A stretch of 64,000 nucleotides of DNA from Balamuthia mandrillaris. Lineage: Eukaryota. The position numbers and the translations under genes were made by a program. Below, piece by piece: positions 13,992 through 28,027 of the stretch (position 1 is its first letter; each line of letters opens with the position of its first letter). The stretch is from the NCBI GenBank assembly GCA_031835245.2, contig JAVKOQ020000028.1, positions 124,001 to 188,000 on the forward strand, read 5' to 3'. Below the pieces are notes generated by a model. The model ran no database searches. It was given only the letters and a program-made list of their open reading frames with translations, and had not been told where the DNA came from.

Positions 13992-16900
13992 TCACACGAA
14001 GAAGTTGGTGGCCGATCGCAAATAATCGTTCAACATCTTGTCTCTTTGTTGCTGTTGCTGCGGTTGCTGCGACATTTGCGTGGAAGAGGAGGAAGAAGAC
14101 AGAAAAGCTTGATGATGGCCTGCATTCATGCTGTTGCTATTGTTGCTGTGAAAGTAATCCATAAATGGGGATTGTTGATGAGGAAGCAAAGAAGGTGGGG
14201 GAGGTAGTGGTAGATGAGGAGCAGCGACGTCGCTTCCGTTGTTGTGCGTCCACCATCCTCCAAACATTTCTTGTCTATGTTGTTGTTGTTGTTGGAGATG
14301 AGAAGGAGAAAGAGAAGAAGGAGAAGGAGAACGAGGAGGAGTAGATTGATTCGAGACAAAAGCTTCGAGCCCAGGCGGAGGAGCCAAATTGCGTTTTGCC
14401 GAAGCACTTGCTTGTTGCGCGTTAAATGATGCTGTTGAGGAAGATGTCGGAGAAGATGGAGCTACAACAGCAGCAGAAGAGGAAGTTGGAACAACGGAAG
14501 AGAATCCAGGCGGGGGTGGTCGAGATGATAATAAGCTTTGAGCACGAAGCTTGCGACTGAGCTCATCTTCTTCTCCTTCCAACTGCTCTGCGGTGATTCG
14601 CCCGCCAACAAAGGAAACTGCATTGTTGGGAGTAGAAGAAGCAAAAGGAGAAGATGGAAAAGCAGTCGAAGAAGATGGAGCAGCCCAAGGATTCAAAGGA
14701 CTACTCGCAAACGAGGAATAGAACGCTGCTGCGTTGGACTGTGGTAGCTGTGGTTGCTGCTTCTCCTGCTGCATCATTGCTTTGCTTCTCTCTACTGACT
14801 CTTGTGAAGGAAACTGTTGACGATTGTAGAGGCCGCCAAGAGAGATCGGTCTATAATGCATCGAGAAGAATGGAGAATAAGACTCTTGTTGTTCACCGCT
14901 TTGCTTCTCAGAGCCAATTGCTTTGGAAGTAGGACTGGTTGGTCCTAACGGTCTTGCCATGCGTTGATCGTTTTGATCCATCCACATCGATGATGGTGAA
15001 AGCTTTGTTTGTTCATCTATTGCATCGTTTTTCTCTTCCTGCTCCGTAGCTCCAACTTGAGGCTTGGGCATTGGCTCTTCATCTATCAAGTTATTTAAGT
15101 ACTTGTCGAGATTGTTGTATCCTGTGGTATCTTCTTCTTCCTCTTCTTCTTCTTCTTGATCTAACAGAGAAGGGGATTTTGTGGGTGGCGCTTGTTTGGA
15201 TCCATCCGACAGTATACCTTCCTCTTCCTCACTGAATCCTTCTTCTTCGCTCTCAGACTCTTCTTCTTCGCTCTCTTTGTCTTCCAGCATCACTCCAGGT
15301 GGCGTAAACTCCGGATGAGGTTTAAACAGAATAACTTCGTCTTCTACCGCTTCTTCTTCGTCCTCGTCTTGTTCTTCTTGTTTCTTTCCTGCATCCTCAT
15401 TTTCCTCGTTCATATTAGTTCCATTTTGAAGTTGGCTGGCCGTTACATGTTGCCTGGAAAACTGGCTACTCTCCAGGTCATAATGCAGCGTAACTTGTTC
15501 AGGCTGTAACCAATAAAGATAGAGGAATGGAATTAGAAACAGGTATCGAAAATAATAAGAAGAGGAAAGGAAGAGCAGAGCGTACAGGTGCCACAAGTGT
15601 GGTCCACTTGCCAAAGTGCAACAACTTGATAAAGCGTTGGTTCATGTAGTATTCCTTCTCAGCCTCCAACAAAGCGGTTTGGCTTGTTTTTGCTGGTGTG
15701 TTTGAGTCGTAACTTGCTTGTCGTTGCGGCGAGGATGTAACTTTTGTTTCTTTGGTTATAGATGAAGCGCTCATGAGCGGAAGGAAACCCCGCACTTCTA
15801 TTTCTTCCCACAAAGCCTTTCCTTCTGTATATTTACACATGAGCAAACAGAGAGAGAGAGAGAGAGAGAAGAGAGAGAAGAGAGGATTTACCAAGTCGAG
15901 AAGGAATGGAAGACAAGCTGGGAATCTCGAAATACTGGGCAATGAAGCTCAACAAAGGAGCTAATGCATTCCAGATTTTCTCCCACAGCTCCACAAGTTG
16001 TTGTTGCTGCTGCCAAGAAGAAGACGGGGATGAGTTGTTAGCTGTGTTGGTGGCAGCGGCAGTAGTGGCAGAAGTAGGATGATGAAAAGCATCAAGTTCA
16101 GACGCATGCGCTTGGAACCAATCGCAAAACAAAAGAATCGGAAGGGACAAAGTGAGAAGTTGTCTTTGACTTCGTTTGATACGTTCCGTAGAATTAGGTG
16201 TCTTGCTCTTTGCCTTATTGTCATTGTTGGATTGAGAGGAGAGCAATGGTTGCGAAGCTTGTTTCGCTGTTTCCGATGATGAAGAAACAACCTCAATGGA
16301 AGGCTGAAGAACAGAAAGTACTCGCAGCATCACCAAAAGCAAGAATCGCAGAGCACAACTTTGAGCTTCCGCCGAACGAGCTTCCTCTGCCCTCACGAGT
16401 TGTGCATAACATGACCTCCTAGAAGCAGCTCGAGGAGAGGGAGAATGAGAGGACAGTGTTATTGAAGATGTCGACGTATTGTTGTTTGCTGTCGTTGCTG
16501 AAGTGGGCTCGCTCCAAGCGGTGTTATGTATCACAAAGATGATGATCAACAAGAGCTTTAGCAATTGGTCCTCGCCAAGACGACCTGCACGGAGAAGAGC
16601 TTCCAGGTCTTGCAAGACTTCTTGTTGAATGTCATCGAAAGTCTCCAAGCTGATCTTGGTGAAGAGGATACCGTGTAATCGCACGAAACGTGTGAAAAAG
16701 GCAGAAAGTTCCACGTTCCTCTCCTCCACTCTTGGTTCATTTATCCTTCTACCACCACTGTTGAAAGAAAGTTTAGCATCAATTGAGATTAAGAGCACGC
16801 AGGAAAAAAAAACAAGAACAACAAGGAAAGATACATACGGCCTTCTTGTTCTCTTTTTGGGGGATGGCTTGGGTTTTGCGTTATCTGCGGCAGTTAACAT

Positions 16901-18258
16901 CTGTGCCTTCTGTCTATTCTTCTCAAAGAGGACGACAAGATTATCTCTCGCAGTGACAAAAGGATTCCTCACGGCCAAACTTCGAAAATAGCGATAGACA
17001 GCGTTCAGCTCGTCATCGACATAGGTGGCCAAAACCGCCATTTGGTTGTGTGGATTGCCGTTCTCGGGTACGAGGCGGAAAGCTTGTTGGTAAAACACTT
17101 CTGCCTTTTGCCAGTCTTTTTGGGCTTCATCTCCGATCAAGTCTTTGTGATATCTCGCTATACATCGAAATTGAGTGAGAGAGAGAGAGAGAAGAGATTG
17201 TCAGGAGGAAAGAAGTAAATGTTGAAATAAAAGAGCCGAAAGTGCAGCTACAACGAACCAATGTCACCTAGAAAGATAAGGCATCGATGGCAGCTAATAT
17301 ATCGCTTATCTTTGGAGATACTCACTTTCTCTCCTGCTCTTAGAATGGAAGGACGCTCGCTGCTGCTGTAGATGACCGAACCATCCAAAGCGATGCCAAA
17401 GTGCTGCTGAAACTTGCGAATGAGACCCACGTAAAAATCACTCGCTATCTTCAGGAACTTCTTGAAATCAGTGCAGTACTTGTGGAGCTGTTGACCCAGC
17501 GATGACTCTGGCGCAAGCCCCTTCTTTGTTATCGCTGCCGAGTACTGTCATAGAACAATAATGATAATGAGAAAGAGAGTAGAGGAGAAAGCAGAGAACG
17601 ACAAAGAGAACAAGAGAAGAGAGTAAAGAATGAGAGAGAGAGGCCAAAAGAACCTTTCGGATGTGGAGGCGATAGTCCTCGATGACCTTGTAAAAGACAG
17701 TCTTCCACAGGCCCTGCTCTATGTCCTTGCTGAGGGCGAACTCATGGTCCAAAAACAGCACCTCCTCATAATGTTTCTGGATGCTGTTAAAGTTGTGCAT
17801 TTGTTAAGATTAGGAGGGGGAAAAGAGAGTAAGTGTGAGTGAGTCAGTGCGTAGCGGTACCTGCTCCTCAGCTGCACTGCGGCCTGTTGAAGGGGCTTGT
17901 TCTGCTTCTTCAAGAGCGCGCGCAGCTCTTTCTCCAAACTCACAATCTTCCTGCAATAATTATTGAAAAAAAACAATAAATCAAAAGTCCAAAAAATACA
18001 AATAAAAAAAGTTCACACACACGCAACAGAAAAAAACAAACAAGAAGAAGAGGAACAGAACCTGTAGAGCATTCGTGCGTTCGCTTCATCTTTGCTGCTC
18101 GGCACCTGTTTGAAGGGCCTTTCCCTTTCAAAGGCTCCAGCTGTTGAAATTCCTCCTTCTGCTGCCTCGCTGTCGCCCGGCAAGGCGCTAGTGCTGGTGA
18201 CAGTACTGTCAGACACAGCCAACGGGTGTGGGGCAAAGTGTCCTCTTCCTTCTTCCAT
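13992..18258 (-). CDS. SMG7/EST1-family nonsense-mediated decay factor
   Basis: IEQGLWKTVFYKVIE, CLIFLGDI/ARY and PENGNPHNQMAVLA...AVYRYFRSLAVRNPF form an EST1-type helical domain. Low-complexity tail ends NFFV; no PIN domain seen. Confidence 0.9.
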
Positions 18259-18343
18259 CCATGAAATTATTGCGAAGGGGCGGTCCTCCTCCTTTTCTAT
18301 CTTCTTCTTTTCCCCTTTTGTTTTGTCGCTGGGATCCTTTATT

Positions 18344-18505
18344 GTCGACTTTTACGTTGAGGAGTCGTTCCGCAAAACCACATATGTCGACATATAGCCG
18401 GTTCGACTCTCGCCTCAGGAACCCATTTTGTTTTTGTCGACAAAATTTGTCGGCAAGAATAGATGCCTTTCGCACATATTTTTTCATATGAATTGTTGTG
18501 TCGAC
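18344..18505. promoter_or_regulatory. Four GTCGAC palindromes and one B-box-like motif upstream of the SMG7-like gene
   Basis: GTCGAC at 18344, 18386 (ATATGTCGACATAT), 18436 (TTTTGTCGACAAAA) and 18500; GGTTCGACTC at 18400. Confidence 0.6.
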
Positions 18506-18657
18506 ACGAAGATCAACTGGTAATGATCTCATCTTGCCAGTTCAAAGCAGTGAAAGCACCAATGAAAAATCAAAAACGTTGTTCCCTCCTCTTTTCTTCC
18601 TCAACTAACTGCGTCGTTTTTTGTTATTTTGTGTTCTTCGTCGAGCTTCTTCAAACT

Positions 18658-19761
18658 TCACCGCATTTGCATCTGCTCAAAGTAAGTGGTGATACGGGTG
18701 ACAACGGTCCACATGATGGCCTGTCCAGGGGCCAGGCGCAGCAACCGAGGCGTTAGGCCTTTCCAAAGAGCAAAGAGCCCCTCCTCCCGGACAATGATGC
18801 CGATGGCAGAGACCACGCCTTTGTACTTTGGAGCTTCTCCGGGCTTTGTGTGTTGTCCCATGAATCTCGTTTTCAGCACGTCCATCGGACAGTTGAGAAT
18901 AGGTCCTAGAGCCCCGGCAATACTTCCTTCACAACCACAAGCATTACAAGGAACTTGAGAACTAAGAAACAAAAAAAAGCGAAAGCAACACAATAACAAA
19001 CCTGAAAGAATGGTCTTCCAAACGGCGAGTTGCTTTCCGTCCTCCTTCTGCCAGATATACCGGTTGAAAATGTTGATGACCATAAAGTTGCAGGCCTGGT
19101 TGGTGCCATTGCGAGCCATGGTGGGCACCACGCCCTTCCACAAGGCCGTCACTCCCTCCTCCCTCACCATGGTGGCTGCGGCGTGCACCGGACCTCGGTA
19201 CTTGATCTCCTTGAACCCCACTTGCTGCTGCAGCCGGGTCTTGACCACCTCAAAGGGGGTCACCACCAGCACGGCCTCCACCATGCCCGCACAAAGCCCT
19301 GCCAAGAAGTTTCTTCTGGCCTCCTCTTCGCCACTCAACCGCTTGTGGTTGGGAGCTCCCGCCACGGGCTTGCTGTTGTTGCTGAGGAGAGCGGTAAAGA
19401 CCGAGAAAGAGCCCATGCGCAGCGCGTACTTGGCCATCAGATGAGCGACAAATGGGGTGAGGCCCTTGTAGAGCGCTTTGGGTCCTTCCTCCTGGAAGAT
19501 GGTGACGCCGCAGCGAAGGAAGCCGCCCTTGTAGCGTTGCGTGCTGTCCAGTTGCAGCCGGGTCTTGACCACGTCCAGGGGTTGAAGCGCCACCGCCTCG
19601 ACGGCACCGCCGATCGACCCGGCAAAGGCCTTGACCCAAGGGCTCACTTCCACTCTTTTGTCTTTCTAGGGAGGGGGAAAAAAAACATGGGGGATGAGAC
19701 AGACATTGATCAAAAGAGCGAAAGGGAGAGAGAGACAGAAGAGACGTACCGCTAAACTCAT
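18658..19761 (-). CDS. Mitochondrial carrier (SLC25), succinate/fumarate SFC1-like
   Basis: Three PxDxxKxR-type signatures (PLDVVKTR, PFEVVKTR, PMDVLKTR). KGLTPFVAHLMAKYALRMGS resembles plant SFC1. Micro-exon MSLA at 19761-19750. Confidence 0.92.
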
Positions 19762-19929
19762 CTCCGGCACTTCTCTCGCACTGGCCACCTTACACTGAAA
19801 TCATGTCGTCACGAAAGTATATCCATGACGACACGCTTTGAATTTTCACCACGACGACGTGATTCCATTTGTCGACAACAAAGATATATGTCGACACACA
19901 TGAAAAAGAGAAAGAAAGAAAAAAAAGAA

Positions 19930-21270
19930 ATGGAAAGAAAGCAAGAGAGCAAGGCAGAGGAAGGCGGAAGCTCGCAGGCCGCCCCGCCGGTTGCTGTAGG
20001 GGGAGGTGCTGGGGCGAAACGCAAAAGAAAGAACAAGAAGAAGCAACAAAGCAAGAAACCCAGACTCGTTCCACCGCGTCATTTCCCTCCGCCCCCTCCC
20101 ACAAAGTACGAACACAAAAAATCCAATCTCTCTTTTCAAATCATAACCTAACTCTTTTTTTTTAACTCTATTCACAAAAGTGCTGATAGCAAAAAGAAAA
20201 AGGCCGCCGCGCCTCAAAAGCTGCGGCCTCAGATGCCCTACACCTTGGAGCACCCCCGCATCCTCGTCCTTGGCGACGGCAACTTCAGCTTCTCCCTCGC
20301 CCTCTCCAAATTGCTGGAGCGTTCTTTCCCCCTCTCCTTCCCCTCCATCTTCGCCACGGTCTACGACTCGGAAGAGATCCTCCACCAAAAGTACCCCGAC
20401 GCGCGGGCCATCGTGCAGGAGCTGGAGGAGAAGCGGGGCGTCTCCGTGCACTACGAGGTCGACGCCACCGACCTGCGACAGTTGAAGCCCCTTCAGGGCA
20501 TGAGCTTTCATTACGTCGTCTTCAACTTTCCGCACATCGGCGAGGGCATCAAGAACCAGGACCTCAACATCGAGAAGAACAGGAACGTCATCAAGGCCTT
20601 CCTCCTCCAGGCCCTGCACTTGCTGGAGCCCAACGGACAAATTCACATTACTCTGCGAACTGGTTTTTCTTTCTTCTCTCTTCCTCTCTTCGTAGTTTTC
20701 TTCTCCTTTTTTCTTGTTCTTCTTCTGTCTTCTGTCTTCTGTCTTCTTTTCTTCTTCTTTCTTATCTCTTCTTTTCTTCTACTCCTCGTTGTTCTCTCCG
20801 TCGTTCGCTTCTCTGCTTCTCGTTTCTCTTCCTCTCCAAAACCCTAACAAAAAGAACATCCAACAGGAATGCCTTACATCAAGTGGAATATAACCAACTT
20901 GGCAGCCTTCTGCACCGCCGAGGTCAGGGAAGAAGGACAAAAGCGAGTGAAGACGAGACAGCTAAAGTACCTCCGCTCCTTTGACTTTGATCCGGAGATG
21001 TACGAGGGCTATGCTCACCGTCGCACCATCGGCTTTGTGGAGGGCATCTCCAAAGCGAACAACGAGGAGATCGTTGGAGAGGGAAGACGAAGCAAAACGT
21101 ACGTCTTTGTGATCGAAGGCAGCGAAGCGGATACAGATGCACAAGAGGAGAGGAAGAAAAAGAAGGAGAACGACGAGGAGGGAGGTGGCAAGAAGCAGAA
21201 TAGAAAGAAAGACAAACGGAACAAAGGAAAAGCTCAACAACAAAAAGGAAGAAGCAAAGGAAGAAAGTAA
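19930..21270 (+). CDS. BMT5-like (DUF2431) rRNA uridine-N3 methyltransferase
   Basis: ILVLGDGNFSFS, VDATDL, FNFPHIG, PYIKWNI and YEGYAHRRT motifs; Lys-rich termini; two introns. Confidence 0.9.
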
Positions 21271-21326
21271 CGACCATAGAATAAATTACAGTTGCGGAGA
21301 GATAGAGAAAACACAAGGAGTTGGGT

Positions 21327-21856
21327 TCATGGAGATAAAGGAGTTTGGCCTTTCGGGATGGCGATGGTTTTTCGTTTGTCGATCTTTCGGTTTAGGCAGC
21401 CCATAGTGTTCTCCATCGTGGAGAGCGCTGTTCGCACTTGTTGGTAATCCGTGTGACAGGCTAAACTCTCTGTAAATCTACACATCTCCTGTTGTTGTTG
21501 TTAGAAGAAGCGCAGAGAAGCAGAGAAGAAACGGGAGAAAGAAAAGAGAACTAGAGAAGAAAGAAGAGACCTTTAACAAAAGGATGTAACGAGGAATTCT
21601 TTGCACAGGTAAGATGAGAAAAGATTCCAGTTTGTTGTTGTGTTTCGCTTCAAAGTTCTACATAGAAAGCAGAAAGAAGTGAGTGAGCAGGTGAGAGAAC
21701 AGATAAAGAAAAAAACAAACCGTTCGCAGTTGTTTGAAATCTTCCCGTCCTTCCAATAGTTGGACTCTGTTGATGTCAAAGTCACGCAAATATGGTTCAT
21801 AAGCTGATGACAAGAAGTTCATCTGCTCATAACATCCCCGTTAAACAAGAGAAGAG

Positions 21857-21905
<49 letters not shown>

Positions 21906-23427
21906 CATGTTTGATAAAGATATCACCAATAACGGAATCAGAGTTCCATCCTTTAACCCGTTCTTGCAGGATCGGTAAAAACCGTTGGTGATGGGACAGT
22001 ATCTCTTCAATGTTGAGGAACACGCCACCCAACTCTGCCCCTGAGAGCGAAGACCTTTTCATTGGCCGTACGATCTCCTGTACCCAATTTTCGTGTTAGA
22101 GAGAACGCAACAAATGAGTGCAGAAGAGAAGACGAAGAAGAAGAAGAAGAAGAAGAAGAAGAAGAAGAAGAAGAAGCACAAGAAGAAGAAGCACAAGAAG
22201 AAGAAGCAGAAGAAGAAGAACAAGAAGAAGCATGTGGAGAAACCGTGACAACGGCCTGCAATCCCTGCACATAAGTTCGTTCTGTGGCGAGGAGCTCATC
22301 TACGACTTGCTTTCTTGTCATGTTATGTTTTTTCTGCTCTTTCAGCTCTGTCACCAACATATATAAGCATAATGACAATAACAGAGAAAAAGACGGGATA
22401 GGCGACAGAGGAGAACGAGAAGAAAGAAGAACAAAGAAGGAAAGGAAGCAGATAGCAGAAAGAAGACAGAAAAACGAAGAAAAACAAAACGTACTTTTGG
22501 CCTGTTTCTTAAGCCATTCCGGCTCCTCCTCCTCCCGCAGAGCTTTCTTGGTTTGCTCCACGTCCCTCAGCGGTTCCACCAACGGCGAGGCACAAGGACC
22601 GTCATTCCCGTTTCTCAGTCGAACGTTGTTCTCCCTCTTCTTGGCTATCTCCTTCAGGATGGAGGCCTGTTCCGTGTTGCTTGCTACAGCTCCTCCTGGC
22701 ACTCCTATCAAAATGGGGGCGTGGATCTTGGACCCGGTGAGTCCTCTGGGTCTTGGTGCTGGTCCTCCTCCGCGTGGGAGAAGAATGCCGCTGCCTCCTC
22801 CTCCTTCTCTCCTGGCTTCTTCTTGAGGCGGCGGTTCAGCGTGTTGAAGCAGTGGACTCGAATTCCAGGACTTGAGATCGGATGGAGAAGAAGAAGAACA
22901 AGAAGAAGAAGAAGAAGAATGGGAAGAAGAATAGGGAAGGGCAGGGTCAGAAGCGACGAGACGATCACGAGGTTGTTGTTGACTCAGGAGCTGTTGCGTT
23001 TGAGAAGAAGGCGAAGTAGTAGAAGAAGAAGGCTCCAACCGAGAGGAATAAAGAGGGGCAGAAAGGTCGGAGGAGTTGCCGGTGCGCAGGTCGAAACATG
23101 TATGACAGACTCGGCTTTTGCGGGTGGAGCTGAACACGGGCAGCTTGTGCGAGGAGCACGCGTCGCAAAAGATGTCCCCACAGCTGCGACAATGATGCTG
23201 TTTGTTTTTTTTGTTAGTCAACAAAAAAAAGATGGAAAGAAGACGAGAAGAGATTTTTCGGTTGCGTGAGAGATGAAATGGAGAAGGAGGCCAAAAAAAA
23301 GAACCCGACGCGTGATGAGAGTGAATTTGGTTTCACAAAGTTGGCAACAATCCACTTCGCTGTCTGGCCGCCACAGGACCCACCCCGGATGATTCTCTCC
23401 TTCGTGTTTGCTTTCCTTCTCCATCAT
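21327..23427 (-). CDS. FYVE zinc finger + DH (RhoGEF) domain protein lacking a PH domain
   Basis: FYVE: WRPD..C..C...F...RR/HHCRSCGDIFCDACS...RVCHTC. DH: VVDELLATERTYVQGL and LESFLILPVQRIPRYILLLK. Stop codon follows soon after the DH domain. Confidence 0.88.
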
Positions 23428-23719
23428 CAAAACCTGATTGCTTTCTTTTTTTTTCGTTCGACCTTCTTTTGTGTCGACAAAAGAATGTTTGGAATGATAA
23501 GAATTTATGATATGAAAGGTATTTATAGCATCTATGGAATGAGAAGAATTTAATGTTGAGGGTTCTCACAAAACTTCCATTTTTAGTGAAGTGCCTTTTC
23601 GCAAGGGAAGATGCTTAACAGCATATCGCGCAGCTTAGAAAGGCAGCACACAAGCTAGCACACAACTAGGCTAACAAATGTAATGTACAGAAATATACAG
23701 AGTTCAAATCAGCTATACA

Positions 23720-25303
23720 CTACTCCAATGAGATGGAGTTGATTCGTTCAACGGAAACCTTCTTTTTGTTGAAGTTCCGTTTCCACCTGTACCGAATCAA
23801 AACCAACAAAATCGTCATGGTCAAGAGGAGAACGAACGAAGAGAAAACGCTCACGCAGATGATAATCACACGTTGCGTTTCTTCATCAGTGTCCTCATCG
23901 TCTTCCAATCCATGCTGCTCGTTTGGCAATAACACAGTTAAATCTATGGAACGTCAAAAGTTAGCCGATGAAGCGTGCATGAAGAAAAGAGGTAGAACGC
24001 AAAAGCAAGATGTAACCAGAAGATGAAAGCGAAAGGGCAGAGAATGAAAATGGCAGAAAAAGAGATAGAGAAGAGAGACGAAGGCACTAACCTGGATCAT
24101 AACTCAGATACTCACTGAACGCCTCAAACCGAAAAAAATGGCGAACCAGCCGGATGTTGTCAGGAGGATATTCTCCCAAATGCAAGTTAGGGTGTTCATA
24201 GCTCCACTTGAAAGTGGCTATCTTCCCGTCGTCCGCCTCACCAAAGTTGAGCAGGTTGAGCAGCATGCCAGCTTTGGAGGTGTCGCCTGGACACACGTTC
24301 ACTTGGATGAGAAACGAAGAGAGAGGGGTGGGAGCCGCTGCAAAAGGCTCCGAGGAGAAGAAGTCCGATGAAACCACTAAGGCATTATCCATTGACTGAA
24401 ACGGCCAATTCTAGAATGTACAGACGAAAGAACAAACACGATGAAGAACAACAAGTGGAAGAGAAGGAATAAGAAAGGAACAAGAAGAGGAAGAAGAAGA
24501 AAAACGGAACAATGCACAAATGATGACGAATGGGAGGTGTATAACGCAAAACATGAACAAATAAACAAGACAAACGACCAAAAAGTAGGAATGACAAAGA
24601 GAAGAAAATATCTTATTCACCTCAATAAGCACGCTAAATTTGAATGAGTCCGCTGGAAGTTGATACGTCCAGTTGAGTTGACCGAAGTGCAAGGCTGCTC
24701 CGTTTGAGAAATATCTTTTGTCGTTGAGTGAATGAAACACCTCAGAACAACTAAACAAACCAGTGAAAAGAAAACTGAAGAAAAAGAAGAAAACAGACTT
24801 ACTGATGGGTGATCGTGAAGGAGGCGTTATTCGGAAGCATAGCAAACATGTTCACCGTTTCCTCCGTTTCGCTTGTCTGCTGGTTTGCGTTCCAGGAAAG
24901 CTTCGTACTGTTAAGCCATTCGACCGCAACCACCTTCTCTTCTTCACCTTTTTCGCTGTGCGTTACTTCCACTTCGTACAGAGCTAACCAGGTTGCAAGA
25001 AAGAATTGGTCGGCCAACGCAGAACTATTTTCGCTCTCGCGAACTTGAAGGTGCCATTTCGGCACGTCGTTGAAGACGATCCGGAAATTTCCTTTTCGAA
25101 CTGAAGTTAGTGGTCAACACGCCAGATGGAAGAGCTCTTCCACAACAGAGGAGACAAGATAGGGGAGTCAATAATCGAAACATACTGCCTTCAAATGGGG
25201 AAAGCACAGCGCTTCTGGAAAGAGGCGCCATCAAAGCAACCAACACAAGAATGAATGGCACAGCGGCAGCAACCACACCAGAGGGACTACTGTAACACGG
25301 CAT
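23720..25303 (-). CDS. Divergent surface-protein family member 4 (ComC-supersandwich-like ectodomain + TM)
   Basis: Signal peptide, LPADSFKFSVLIE/NWPFQSMDNALVV, LSYDP/DLTVLL, acidic linker, TM helix, basic tail ending RINSISLE. Confidence 0.75.
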
Positions 25304-25609
25304 CGTTTATCGATTCTCAACCCAAAGTTGAACAAAACAGAGAAAGAGAACAAAGAGAGCCACGCCTTTTCATTGATCATTTTAGATTAAATTTTCCTAT
25401 TTGGGTATAGTTTCGTTGAAATTTCATCTGGATTAATCAAATGACCAATGGTAAATTTATGTAGACACTTCTTACTTTCATTATAAATACCCTTTAATTA
25501 AGATGTAATGATGTAACGCTGAAAAATTAGGCGAAACGAAAAAAAATTAAAAGAAACGAAAAAAATAACACAGGGGCAGAAGATTGTGAGAGAGATAGGA
25601 AGGAGCGTC

Positions 25610-27608
25610 ATGCCAAGCGATACTGAGATCGATAGACACGTTCTTCGCAAATACGAACAAGGCGCAAAGATCGGCGAAGGCGTAATAATAACTTTTTCTC
25701 TTGCTTTCTTTCTTGCTATGCTTCTCTTTCTTCTTCTTCTTCTTCAACTAAACTATTCTATTTCTTCTGCTTCGAAAAACAAAGGCGTACGGAATCGTGT
25801 GGAAGGCCACAAGGAAAAAGACCAGAGAAACCGTTGCCCTCAAGAAGATCTTTGATGCCTTCCAAAACGCGACCGACGCTCAGAGGACCTTCCGTGAGAT
25901 CATGTTCTTGCAGGAGCTGGGCGACCATGACAACATCATCCAATTGCAGGACGTTATGAAGGCCGAGAACGACAAGGACATTTACCTCATCTTTGAATAT
26001 ATGGGTAACATTTTTTTCTTAGTTTGTCTCTTTGTGCTTTTAATATTTATTTATTTTATATTTTTATACTTTCTCATTTTTTTGTATTTTTTCTCACTTA
26101 AAAATAAACTTACTGACCGTTTTTCCTTTCTTTTGGAACCAAAAAAATGGCAGAAACGGATTTGCACAAAGTGATCAAGGCGAACCTGCTGCAAGACATT
26201 CACAAGCAATACATCATTTATCAACTGCTGAAATGCCTTAAATATATGCACTCTGGAAATGGTTCTCTCTTCTCTCTTCTCTCTTCTCTCTTTCGCGTTA
26301 CTTTTTCTCTGTATTCTAACTTATCGTTTTGGTTTCTTTGCCTTGTTCTAAACAGTGCTTCATAGAGATTTGAAGGTTTGTTTTAAAACAAACCTTTATT
26401 CTCTTTTTCTTTTTTGTTTATTTTTTCATTCTTCATTTTCTGCTTTGTTTAACTGACTTAGCTTTAACCTAACAGCCAGGAAACATTCTATTGAATGCGG
26501 ATTGTTTGGTGAAAGTGGCTGACTTTGGTTTGGCTCGTTCGATCGACCATTTGGAGAAGCACGGCGAGGAGCTGCCCGTGCTCACCGACTACATCGCCAC
26601 TCGGTGGTATCGTGCGCCTGAAATCCTTCTTGGCTCCACCACGTACGTTTCTTCTCTTTCTTCCTCTGTCTTATCTACTGCTTTTATTCTCTGTTCTCCT
26701 GTTCCTTCTCTCTCGTTTCCAGTTTCTCTGTTCTCTTTTCTCTTCTTTCTCTTCGTTCTTTCGTGCTTGCGTTCTTTCGTTCTTGTTTTTTCTCTTCTTT
26801 CTGTTCTCTCTTATCTCTGTATAGCATAACTTCTTCTCATAACAACTTCAAACAAAATACAAACACAGGTACACGAAAGGAGTGGACATCTGGTCGGTGG
26901 GCTGCATCATGGCCGAGCTCTTTGGCGGCAAGCCCATCTTCCCGGGCTCCTCCACCCTCAACCAGCTGGACAAGATCATCGAGATAACGGGCCGCCCCTC
27001 CTCGGAGGACATCGAGGGCGTGCGCTCCCCCTTCGCCTCGACCATCCTGGAGAGCCTGCCACCCTCCACGCCGCGCTCCTTGGCGGACCTCTACCCCAAG
27101 GCCTCCCCGGAGAGCCTTGACTTGCTGAGCAAGCTCTTGATGTTTAACCCGGCCAAAAGGATTACCGCTGAGGTTTGTTATGGATTCAACATTGAAACAA
27201 CATTCCCTCTTCAGCTCTTAACACCAAAGCCTTCAACATGAACAGGAAGCATTGGCCCATCCGTTCCTCAAAAAGTTCCACAAGCCGGAGGCGGAGATCG
27301 TGGTGGGCAAGAGCATCACCATCCCCTTTGACGACAACACCAAGTTCTCCGTGACGGACTACCGGGAGACGCTCTACGAGGAGATCAAGCGGGCCCGCAA
27401 GGAGAAGCGCCAGCAAAGGAAGGAGAGGCGGGCTCAAAGGAAGAGCGCGCTGAAGGGAGGAGGAGCCTCTTCGTCGGAGGCTTCTTCCTCTGCTGCTGCG
27501 GCCGCGACGGGCGAGGACGGGGAGAAGAAGGAGAAGAAGCACAAGAAAAAGTCTTCGAGCGGAGGCAGCGCGAGGAAAGGCAAAGCCAAGACGCCTTCTT
27601 CCAACTAA
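25610..27608 (+). CDS. Atypical MAP kinase of the MAPK15/ERK7/ErkB group (TDY activation loop)
   Basis: [73 protein letters not shown]. Confidence 0.95.
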
Positions 27609-27694
27609 AAACGAAAGCAAAGGATAAGAAAAAAAAAATATGGTCTGTTTAAAGCATTTAAAACAATGTTTAAAGTTTGTAAAACTAAAATGGC

Positions 27695-27990
27695 CTTTTG
27701 TTTTTTTTTCATTATTTCTGCTTTTTTTTATTTTTTTATTTTTGTATTTTTGTATTTTTTTTCTATTTTTTATCTTTTTCTATTTTCTTTTTTTTCTTTT
27801 TTTTCTTTTTTTTTTCTATTTTTCTTTTTCTTTTTTTTCAATCTTTTTTTTTCTTTTTCTTTTTCTTTTTCTTTTTTTCTTTTTTTCTTTTTCTTTTTTT
27901 CATTTTCTTTTTTCTTTTTTTCTTTTTTTTCTTTTTTTCTTTTTTTATTTTTTCTTTTTTTTTCTTTTTAATTTAATTTAATTTTTTGTT
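27695..27990. repeat. T-rich low-complexity intergenic tract
   Basis: About 300 bp of T with sparse C/A; source of the poly-Phe ORFs. Confidence 0.9.
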
Positions 27991-28027
27991 TTGTGTCGAC
28001 AAGAAAGACAGAAAGAAAGGAAGAAAG

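Noticed and set aside
27640..27981. Poly-Phe ORFs
   Set aside because: T-rich low-complexity DNA.
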